Positions 47,963 to 58,919 of a stretch of 64,000 nt of DNA are shown piece by piece. The stretch comes from Amphiscolops sp. MND2022 (Eukaryota). Positions within the stretch are counted from its first letter, which is position 1, and each line of letters opens with the position of its first letter. The translations under genes and the position numbers were made by a program. The notes under the pieces are model-generated. The model was not told the origin of the DNA and made no database searches. It saw only the letters and a list, made by a program, of their open reading frames with translations. The stretch is taken from contig OZ076409.1 of assembly GCA_964187785.1 (NCBI GenBank), positions 99,202,001-99,266,000 of the forward strand, given 5' to 3'.

Positions 47963-48111
47963 TCCAGGAATAATTGTACGCCCAGGAAGATCCAGGAATA
48001 ACAGGAATAATTGTACGCCCAGGAAAACGCGAAGCGCCTTCGGTATCCCGAATGGTTATCCAGGAATAATTGTACGCCCAAGAATACACCAGAGGGAATA
48101 ATCGTATTTGA
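47963..48111 (+). repeat. CAGGAATAATTGTACGCCCA direct repeats (3 copies plus partials)
   Basis: Copies near 47965, 48002 and 48061; duplicated at ~54096-54243. Confidence 0.85.
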
Positions 48112-48933
48112 ATTTCATTCAGGCACTGAAAAAAAAAGAAAAATTGGTATCTGTTCTCTGTACGTATTTTTTATTTATGCGTTGAAAACTTACATGTTGG
48201 TTATTTTGTCGAACACTTGTGTTACCACTTGGATGCACATGATTTGAAACATTTTCTCATTAATTTCATCTGGATATCAAAGATTCCTTGTCAATTTTTT
48301 TCTTGCATTCTTATCTTCCATACCAAATTTTTAGTTGCGAAAAATTATTAATTTCTAATGATTTTCCTTGAAAATATGCTTATTTTAACAGTTCTATTAA
48401 ATTTTATACTTAAAGAATGGTACTTTTGATGATTTAATGGGAAAATACTCGTTTTTAACGGTTTGATTGGAAAAAATGCCTATATTTGATGGTTTTACTA
48501 GCCAGAATCGGTAATTCGCATACTACTCTCGAAGACTTGTGAGCAAATCTACGTTCGAAAAATTTCTGAATCAAGTGCCCTTCAAAATCTTTATGACTGT
48601 AAAAGTTTTTTTGCATTGTTTGGTAAACTGGAGACACTTAGTGAAACAACGAATGTTTTGAGAGTTCCTAAAGAGAAGAAACGGGGAAATATTGAATTCG
48701 AACGATAAATCGAAGGTTTTTATGTAACAGTCATCCGTTGAAGGAAACAACTCAAACATCAAAAACACAGATCCAGACTACATCGCAACACCAGATGGCT
48801 AAATTTGCCGTACCATCATATCAAATATGACAGTTTAATTGCAAAAAGGGTCCAACTGGTTGCGATAAACTGAAAACAAATCACTACTGACACATTGAGC
48901 GAAAAAACATCCAGCTATCTCTAGGTGTATTTT

Positions 48934-50241
48934 AGTCGGCGCCTTTTTCCTTAAGGAAAAAAGCCCGACTATTACAGTGGGTAGTTTTTTATTTTTTAGT
49001 CGGCGCCTTTTCCCTTAAAAAAGCCCGACTATTAAACTGGGTAGTTTTTTTCTTTTTCAGCTGACAATTTCACTCTGAATGGCCCACTTTTCTTACAGTT
49101 TCTCAATTTCTCAATTTCTTACAATTCTTAGCTTACGAAGTAGTGATTTTATATCATTTAGGAAACTCAACGTGGCCAAAGAGTATTTTCGGCTCTGTGA
49201 GACTTTTTCTTCGAAAAAAACTTTTTTCATCGAAGGGTCCCACCTTCAATTTTTTGATATTTTTGGACAGAATGGATTTTGAAACATCCCAAATGGTCCC
49301 CCCTTTCAGTTTCTTTTCGGCATTGTGAGACTTTTTTTCGAAAAAATAATTTTCCATAAAAGTGTCCCAATTCACCAATACTTTGACATTTTGAAGTATT
49401 TTGGTATTTTTGAACCTTAGATATGGCGCCGACTTGGGCCGATCCCGGCTTGTTAGTCGGCGCTTTTCTAGAGAAAAGTGCCCGACTCTTACAGTGAGTA
49501 GTTTTTTTTTTTTTTTTTTTTGTTTTTTTCAGTTGACAATCTCACTCTGAGTGGTCCACTTTTCTTACAATTCTGCAATTCTGCGCAGAAGGCAAACTTT
49601 ACTCCAACCCTTTCAGTTTTTACTTTTTCAAGGAAACATACACAACCGGACGTGCCCAAAGGGTCCCCCCTTTGGATTTTTTTCGGCATTTTGCGACTTA
49701 AAAAATACTTTTTTTTCGAAAAAAAATTTCAAAAATAATTTTTTTGAAAAATTTTTTTTTCCAAATTTTTACAATAGTTGTTCCTTGAATATTTTTGAGC
49801 CTAAGATATGGCGCCGACTTGGGACGTTCCCGTCTTGTTTTCTTTTTCAGCTGACAATCTCACTCTGAATGGTCCACTTTTTAAATCTTTTGTTCTTTTG
49901 TTCAACTAATTTTGTGAGAAGCAGGAGATCGTGGGTTCGAGTCTGGCACTAAACCGCAAATTTTTTATGCTTCCAAAAGAAGAAGCGAGACCAAAGGGTC
50001 CCCCTTTGGGTTTTTTCGGCACTATGCGACTTTTTTTCGAAATTTTTCGAATTCTATCAAAGAGTACACCTTGCATTTTTTGCAGATTTCGGTTTGTAAA
50101 AACGTTTAATGAGCCTAAATGGCCTCTTTTTGAGTTTTTCGGCATTGTGCGACTTTTTGAAAAAAAAACTTTCCAAGAGTTGTTCTTTGAATATTTTTGA
50201 GCCTTAGATATGGCGCCGACTTGGGACGTTCCCGTCTTGTT
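48934..50241 (+). mobile_element. Nested cluster of HINE family 1 copies
   Basis: Several TTAGTCGGCGC starts and GGCGCCGACTTGGG...CTTGTT ends (49454, 49839, 50241). Confidence 0.7.
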
Positions 50242-50559
50242 TCGAATTTGGCTGGCTGTTTTACCACGCTGAAACTGGATTCTGTTGTTGCATTCATTTC
50301 ATGCATGCTGAAAGCTCATGACAAGTATCCTGGATGAAGCCGATTGGCATCGGAAACGTTCTTTGTGGGTTTATTGGTTGCAGTATCGCCAATCGACCAC
50401 TGAAGAACTTGAAAATAGTTGTTGGAATTTCACAACACTTCATATGTTGACAAGACGCCCGCTATGCACCGGGATATTTTCCGCTAAAAAGTCAACCTAT
50501 CAGCACGGCTTCGAACCCACGACTTCGTGTTTGCCAGGAAGACGCACTACCAACTGCTC

Positions 50560-52615
50560 GAGAGATTTTTTTTTAAAATTGTTGGAATCTAAAATAGGGA
50601 AATTGTCTAAACTTTTAACTAAATTATCTAAACTGAAAGAAAGAAATCTGTAACTATCTAAAAATCTTAAGCAACCTTCTTGAACTGATATTTTATTTTC
50701 TATTGACTTTGGAATTATTTTTGGTTCATACCCCGTTTTGTAAGCTTGTGTTAAGAGTTCATCAAATATGATATGACTATCATACCCAGAAAGTTATGGA
50801 AAAAACACATTTTGATGACTTTTGTTTGCAATTTATGTTACTTATATTATGAGCTGCTCCTCTGTATTTTCCCGTCAGATGATCATGATCTCTTACTTTA
50901 CCTTCAGTAAAAGGTTGTTCGCAAAGCCAACATACCGAAAGCGCTTCGCGTATGGCGGATTGTTGAAATGATTCTTCTTCTTCAGGAGTTATTTCTAATT
51001 CTAAGTTACTAGCATTTTTTTCTAATGGTAACATTTCATCTACAAACCATTCTACACAGCTTTGCTGCCCTCCGGTACAACCTTCGACGAAGTATGAGTA
51101 ATACTTGTTTCCAGATGGTGTTACACAAAGTGACCCCGGTAAGGATGTTAGATAAAATCCTACTGCAATTAGATTATGTTTAAATAATACGTTGGGGTTA
51201 TTTGTGGGTTGATTGATACATTCGAAATCTGCATATACTCTTTTTGGTACATTACCTTTCATATGATAATCTTCGTACATTAAACTGATCCTTCTAACTA
51301 ACTGAATGAGATTTTAGTTGGTTTTTGTTTTTGTCAACGATCTATATGATCAATTAGAACCGGTTGTGAACTAAATGCTGTTAAACATCTTCTACTTACA
51401 TGTTTCATATGTGAACTTTTATTTATTAGACAATCCAACTGTTAGTAGGCAATAGTGATTTTGATACAATAAGAAATCTATTTGTGGTTGTATGTAATTT
51501 TTGTTAAAATGGATTGGTGTTAGCAGTGTTCCGTTTAATTCAAATACATTTTTACGCAGTCCGATACCAAAGGCGCTTTGCGAATTTAAATTTTCAAACT
51601 TGGGAATATCTTTGACTTTCATTGGGAATTCGAAACCTTCTAGGTTGAATTTATTAAATTGCATTGACAAAATTTCATGTTCTGTTCTTATGATCCTCAA
51701 CTGGATACAATTGGGCTAAAATGCACCGTAGAAAACAAAATTGATCTTTATTTTTAATATTTATAATTGATTTATTATTCTTATATTTTTCTGGCAACGC
51801 AACCCACGAAGAAGCTTGAAAATCATTATTTTTATTTATTTCTATTTCAACATCAACAATACATTGAAAATCAAAACCTGATCCTTCTAATTAATCATCA
51901 TCTACTTTCTGTATTAACGGATTATGAACATTCTCACTAGTGTGATTATACGTTAGATCTGATTTCATCCATCTTTTAAATACTTCTCTCCATTAACTAT
52001 TCTTGAAAACTTAGCTAAATAACTCAATTGAAACTTGTATCGGGGGAAGAAAATAGTTCTTAGCAAATTATTATTCTGTTCTTTGAGATTTTCACTTGGA
52101 CTTATTTTAAATTTAATGTATGTTCATTCATTCAAAATTACTTCTACTCCATTACCGAAGGCAACGGAGGCACTTTGCACTGATTTCTGCTGTGTACCGG
52201 AGGCGCTTTGCACCGAAGGGCAGCTCTGCTGTGTAACGGAGGCGCTTTGCACCGAAGGGCAGCTCTGCTGTGTACCGGAGGCGCTTTGCACCGAAGGGCA
52301 GCTCTGCTGTGTATCTAGATTAAAGGTATTTTGCTGACTCAGCTGGTTATTTTGTTTATGTCTTAGGTGAAATGCATCATGAAAATGTCTCGTTGTATCA
52401 GATATATATTTACTACGATCTTCACACCATACTTTACTATGATGGTTTTTAAGATCATCTGAATTTAGATGAATAAACGTATTTGAGATATGCATATATG
52501 AGTTACATTTTTTACAATAATATCGATCTATTTTTTCTCGATGTTTTACTGATTTTATATGATCAGATTTGAAAGCTTTTTTATATTCGGAATTACAAAC
52601 ACTACAATTCTCCAT
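50560..52615 (-). pseudogene. Duplicated 5' half of Polinton B pPolB
   Basis: Copy of 44426-46481, with an extra stop near 52124. Confidence 0.9.
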
Positions 52616-53149
52616 TTCTATTCAATAAAAAAATAGTTTAATTAAAAAGTTTCAAGAAAAATTTTTCAAAAAATCAGTGACAAATATTTTTTTTTCACCT
52701 GGGGTTCAAGGTGTGAACAATTGTCATTTATAAAAGTTGTTCATATTTCTGGATGTCTCCAATTTTGTCTTCTGACTTTTCACGGTAGGACCAACCAGTC
52801 TCGATTAAAATGAAGAAAACCCTTTTTTCACACCTGTTTTGACAGGTGCTGATTGCTGGGTTCAAGATACAGAAAACTTTATTTTTGATAAAGATGTATC
52901 TTCTGATAAGGAATCTAATTCATTTTCAAAATCTTCTAATTTGGAATGCATTATTGGGCTAATTTTCCTTGACTTTTTATCAATCTTTTAGGTCTTCATA
53001 TTCCCTCAATTTTAATTGTTCACTAGAATAACTTTCTGCAACGCGCCTGTGGCATGAAGAGACATTTATTAGGAAGAAAAATAGTGAAAAATAACGGTGC
53101 AATTCCTTTACCAACAATATAATGATTAGGTTTTTTTTCAAATTAAATA

Positions 53150-53755
53150 TCAGTTAAAATCATCAAATTCGGGTAAACATTCTACGATGTCATTTAGAAA
53201 GTTGATATTAGAACGTAGAGCATGAAGAGATGGGGATGACTTGCTAATGTTTGGGTGTCTGAGATAGTGCTTGTACAAGTGTATCAGGAAGTTTGCCCAC
53301 GACTTTGAATTTCCACAGTGAGAGAGGGCTTCCTTGAACCTGTTGAACCTTTTCGAGATCCAAAGTAATTTACCCACAATACTTTTTCGGATAATGCCTA
53401 CACAGTTATTGTCTAGTTCTTTCTTCACAGCTGTCATTGCTTCCAGCAAATCCTTAAAGGAGTTATATGAGGCCATGATAGGAATTTTTGGAATTTCCTC
53501 TGAGTTTGAGCGCAGAGAGAGCATGAGGGATTTGTGAAATTCCATGCGTTTCATCTTAACTTTATTCTCAGGCTCTACCTCAATTTCATCTACTTCCATT
53601 TCGCTTTCAGGGGAAATTTGTTCACTAGATTTTGAAAATAGTTTCATTTTGTATTTTTTGAAGATAACTAGCACATTATTTTGATGGTTGGTCTGCACAA
53701 AGCGAAGAACTTCTACGGTAAGTGTTTCAAAAGTTTCTACCTGATCACAACTCAT
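53150..53755 (-). CDS. Duplicate of the 201-aa hypothetical protein
   Basis: One amino-acid difference (T to K) from 47017-47622. Confidence 0.5.
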   Translation of the reverse strand: MSCDQVETFETLTVEVLRFVQTNHQNNVLVIFKKYKMKLFSKSSEQISPESEMEVDEIEVEPENKVKMKRMEFHKSLMLSLRSNSEEIPKIPIMASYNSFKDLLEAMTAVKKELDNNCVGIIRKSIVGKLLWISKRFNRFKEALSHCGNSKSWANFLIHLYKHYLRHPNISKSSPSLHALRSNINFLNDIVECLPEFDDFN

Positions 53756-55063
53756 CTAAAAGACCGCTCATTTCAGCATATTTTAGTTATTCTCTCCTAA
53801 TACTCTCTTGTATCATAATTTAGCTACCAGTGGTAACTAAATCTCAATTCAACGTTCTATCATCTCATACCATGTTTGGCAGATTTGGCTACCACTTGTA
53901 GCCAATTTTACCAAATATGGTAGATTTGGCTACCAGTGGTAGCCAAATCTAAAAACCTAAGATGCACAGCCAAATGAAAATTTAAACGCAACACTACTTA
54001 CTTAGTGTAAACCGTTAATTCCAAAAACTGCTTCAAAAAAACAAAAAGTAAACCCACAAAATCAAACTTTGATGATTTTTTTCTATTCTTCTGATCCAGG
54101 AATAATTGTACGCCCAGGAAGATCCAGGAATAACAGGAATAATTGTACGCCCAGGAATACGCGAAGCGCCTTCGGTATCCCGAATGGTTATCCAGGAATA
54201 ATTGTACGCCCAAGAATACACCAGAGGGAATAATCGTATTTGAATTTCATTCAGGCACTGAAAAAAAGAAAAATTGCTATCTGTTTTCTGTACGTATTTT
54301 TTATTTATGCGTTGAAAACTTACATGTTGGTTATTTTGTCGAACACTTGTGTTACCACTTGGATGCACATGATTTGAAACATTTTCTCATTAATTTCATC
54401 TGGATATCAAAGATTCCTTGTCAATTTTTTTCTTGCATTCTTATCTTCCATACCAAAATTTTAGTTGCGAAAAATTATTAATTTATAATGATTTTCCTTG
54501 AAAATATGCCTATTTTAACAGTTCTATTAAATTTTATACTTAAATAATGGTACTTTTGATGATTTAATGGGAAAATACTCGTTTTTAACGGTTTGATTGG
54601 AAAAAATGCCTATATTTGATGGTTTTACTGGCCAGAATCGGTAATTCGCATACTACTCTCGAAGACTTGTGAGCAAATCTACGTTCGAAAAATTTCTGAA
54701 TCAAGTGCCCTTCAAAATCTTTATGACTGTAAAAGTTTTTTTGCATTGTTTGGTAAACTGGAGACACTTAGTGAAACAACGAATGTTTTGAGAGTTCCTA
54801 AAGAGAAGAAACGGGGAAATATTGAATTCGAACGATAAATCGAAGGTTTTTATGTAACAGTCATCCGTTGAAGGAAACAACTCAAACTTCAAAAACACAG
54901 ATCCAGACTACATCGCAACACCAGATGGCTAAATTTGCCGTACCATCATATCAAATATGACAGTTTAATTGCAAAAAGGGTCCAATTGGTTGCGATAAAC
55001 TGAAAACAAATCACTACTGACACATTGAGCGAAAAAACATCCAGCTATCTCTAGGTGTATTTT

Positions 55064-55989
55064 AGTCGGCGCCTTTTCCCTTAAGGAAAAAAGCCCGACT
55101 ATTACAGTGGGTAGTTTTTTATTTTTTAGTCGGCGCCTTTTCCCTTAAAAAAGCCCGACTATTAAACTGGGTAGTTTTTTTCTTTTTCAACTGACAATTT
55201 CACTCTGAATGGCCCACTTTTCTTACAGTTTCTCAATTTCTCAATTTCTTACAATTCTTAGCTTACGAAGTAGTGATTTTATATCATTTAGGAAACTCAA
55301 CGGGGCCAAAGAGTATTTTCGGCTCTGTGAGACTTTTTCTTCGAAAAAAAACTTTTTTCATCGAAGGGTCCCACCTTCAATTTTTTGATATTTTTGGACA
55401 GAATGGATTTTGAAAAATCCCAAATGGTCCCCCCTTTCAGTTTCTTTTCGGCATTGTGAGACTTTTTTTCGAAAAAATAATTTTCCATAAAAGTGTCCCA
55501 ATTCACCAATACTTTGACATTTTGAAGTATTTTGGTATTTTTGGACCTTAGATATGGCGCCGACTTGGGCCGATCCCGGCTTGTTTTCTTTTTCAGCTGA
55601 CAATCTCACTCTGAATGGTCCACTTTTTAAATCTTTTGTTCTTTTGTTCAACTAATTTTGTGAGAAGCAGGAGATCGTGGGTTCGAGTCTGGCACTAAAC
55701 CGCAAATTTTTTATGCTTCCAAAAGAAGAAGCGAGACCAAAGGGTCCCCCTTTGGGTTTTTTCGGCACTATGCGACTTTGTTTCGAAATTTTTCGAATTC
55801 TATCAAAGAGTACCCCTTGCATTTTTTTTGCAGATTTCGGTTTGTAAAAACGTTTAATGAGCCTAAATGGCCTCTTTTTGAGTTTTTCGGCATTGTGCGA
55901 CTTTTTGAAAAAAAAACTTTCCAAGAGTTGTTCTTTGAATATTTTTGAGCCTTAGATATGGCGCCGACTTGGGACGTTCCCGTCTTGTT
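55064..55989 (+). mobile_element. Nested HINE cluster, duplicate lacking one 385-bp copy
   Basis: Copy of 48934-50241 without 49455-49839. Confidence 0.7.
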
Positions 55990-56197
55990 TCGAATTTGGC
56001 TGGCTGTTTTACCACGCTGAAACTGGATTCTGTTGTTGCATTCATTTCATGCATGCTGAAAGCTCATGACAAGTATCCTGGATGAAGCCGATTGGCATCG
56101 GAAACGTTCTTTGTGGGTTTATTGGTTGCAGTATCGCCAATCGACCACTGAAGAACTTGAAAATAGTTGTTGGAATTTCACAACACTTCATATGTTG

Positions 56198-56684
56198 ACA
56201 AGACGCCCGCTATGCACCGGGATATTTTCCGCTAAAAAGTCAACCTATCAGCACGGCTTCGAACCCACGACTTCGTGTTTGCCAGGAAGACGCACTACCA
56301 ACTGCTCTACCAAGTATCTAAAGTAGTCAAGTAACAAATGGTCAAGTGAAGTCGATGGGGAGGAACTGGGAGTAGATTTGGCGGAACTTGGAAAAGAAAC
56401 GCAACACAGATCTCGATTTTCCTCCCCCATTATTTGTTGGCGGAAAAAAAAACAAGACGCCGGCTAAGCACCGGGATATTTTCCGCTAAAAATTCAATCT
56501 ATCAACACGGGTTCGAACCCACAACCTCGAGTCTACCAGGCAGATGCACTACCAACTGAGCCAAGGTAACCAAATTAGGTACTAACTGAAGTGGATGGAG
56601 ATTTGGCAGAACAAGTAAAAAAAACGCAAGACGGATTATGATTTTCTTCTCCCATTCACAGATAAATTTGTGGCGCGGAAAAAA
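56198..56684 (-). mobile_element. Two tandem family-2 repeats with tRNA-derived core
   Basis: ACAAGAC...CACCGGGATATTTTCCGCT...TTCGAACCC...CCAACTG...GCGGAAAA, twice. Confidence 0.6.
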
Positions 56685-57479
56685 GTGATTTAATTAGCTA
56701 TTAAAAGGAGTTTTTCAGAGCTCTTGCTAAGATTCTGATGTATGCATCAACGCTTTAGTTGGTCTAGAAGAACGAGGCCGTTGTCGAAAATATTTCACAG
56801 GTTGAAGTTGTGTTTAAAACGAACGACAGTTGTTTTTCATTTTTATGGAATCAAAGTATATATCTCTTGGAAAACTATGGTTTGGAGCAACGATTCAACT
56901 TACGAATAAAAGAAATCATTATTTTCAATGTGTCAATTCAAAATATTAACGATATTCAAAATTTTTAAACTGAAACAAAAAAAAACAAATGGGTGTAACA
57001 TCAACTTTGTCACACTGACTTTCACAGGAGTTGGACTTGTTGTTCTTTTTATCACACGTGGTGTGGGTGCAGGTGATTAAAATTTCAGTAAAATTGTTGA
57101 ACAATAACTGAAACGAAAGAAACAACACAAAACTAAAAAATATATACACTTGCTGTTGAAACAATTAACTCAAAATGCGAATTACAACCAAAATGTTTAG
57201 CAGACAAAAAAAACCAAATTAAAAAATTTTGTGAAAGAAACTCTCAATGGGTACAAAAATACTAAAAACAAACAATCTTTTTGACTGTACTTTTTAGGCT
57301 TATCTGTTGATGCAATAAAAGTTCAAAGTTGATGAGTAACAAGGTTTAGGTTTTCAAAAATATTTTTTTTGAAAAAACCCTCTGGAAAAAAGGTTTTTTA
57401 AAAACGGATGTTTTCTTGGAAAATGAAATATGAAAAATCAATTCATGAAAATAATTTTGGTAATTTTTTCCCAGCTAGT

Positions 57480-58600
57480 CTAGTTTCAGTTTGTTACAAT
57501 ATCTCACCAGTCTCACCAGAGAACATGTTTCTAAATGTTTACAAAATTCATACATCTAATTGGAATTTGAAGCTCTTGGAAACGCTAACACAACATATGT
57601 TGACAATGATCAGATAATTTTATTCAGTTTTGGACCTGTTGCTTTGTTTAGTGAAGCCAAACAAACAACATCTTCGAGAGACACTTGGAAAAAGTTGACG
57701 ATTTAAACATCATACGTAAAAAATACAAGTGTCTAACTTCGAACCAACAAACAAGTGATTTAATATATGGAATACTAAATCACAAAAAACAGGAAGACAA
57801 GGACTAACCAACTACAAAACAAAAAAACTTTTATTTGAGAAATAAATTGAGGAATTTGCTTGGATTTGCTGATAAAGAAGAATTACTTATGGAAAAGGGT
57901 ACTCATTCACCTTAAAAAGTAACAGCAATGAAGACGCTACCATTAGTGAAAGTGTGGTAGAAACTGCAAAAATAGATGTACAAGATACCGGTTAATATAT
58001 TCCACTCTACACCCCATCTATGGAAAATCAGGACACTGCGATGAAAATGTCATTAGATAAGGACCACACAGATTTGTTTTATATAGAACGAAGTGTTTTC
58101 GGAAAAGATGTTGACACTAATTATTTTTGTGAACATTTGATTTAGGAAACCGTAGATAATCGACTCCAACTCTATTAAGAAATGAATTTCAAGCTAGAGA
58201 TGAAATTGATTCAAAAGCTCATATTGAAGCAACATTTGATAGACTTCCTATTTCTAGTGCGGTTTGTAACATAGAGTCAGTAAACATCATGTTTGTGATA
58301 TAGAATCCTAATTAAGATAGAGATAAGCATGATCATGCATATTGTGAAATAGGAACCTTTCACACACTTCACGTTGAAAGTAACATGTTCAAATCTTTTT
58401 TTGATCTCCAGAAGTTCAGAACAGAATATATTTTTATGTTTTTACCTTCCAAACAGAAAGATGATATCTCATCTCGACCTATTAAACTAGACTTTAAAAT
58501 AAGTGCTCGTTTTGGGGTAGCAAATCATGCACTTTGTGTCCTTGTTTTAACTCCGAAGTTGACACGTACTAGTAAAAATGGGCAAAGACATTTTGGTTTA
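57480..58600 (+). pseudogene. Polinton copy C major capsid, heavily decayed
   Basis: FGPVALFSEA, IPLYTPSMENQ, FDRLPISSAVC, LTPKL...GQRHF. Confidence 0.8.
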
Positions 58601-58919
58601 TCAAAAACAAATAATAAAATTTCTTTTAAAAAAACTTTTATGGAAATGGTTGTTTCTTCATAAACTAAGAAGAAAAGAAATATTGAAAATATGAAGGAAA
58701 CAAAATTGGATATAAGTTTAGGCATAATTTGAATCTTCTAATATTTTTACTTTGAAAGATATGCTCAATCAAATTAGGAACGTTTGATGGCCTAATTTCT
58801 AGTACCATACTCTTCAAAATCTTTCTTCATTTGATATACTTTCAGTTATTTCTTTGAAATACAATCCAATGGATTTTGTACAAAGAATACAATGACAATC
58901 ACGTTTTTGACCATGCTCG

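Larger units (their letters stand above)
33541..48111. mobile_element. Polinton/Maverick copy B, decayed; termini not clearly preserved
   Basis: Gene set PRO, minor capsid, ATPase x2, integrase, MCP, pPolB; the recognisable core genes carry stops or frameshifts. Boundaries approximate. Confidence 0.9.
44426..56307. repeat. Tandem segmental duplication: 44426-50559 and 50560-56307
   Basis: Near-identical sequence at offset 6134; CTC microhomology at 44423, 50557 and 56305; scattered substitutions; one 385-bp indel. Confidence 0.95.

Noticed and set aside
47963..48111. CRISPR-like repeat-spacer pattern
   Set aside because: Only three short repeats with irregular spacing, no cas genes, eukaryotic context.
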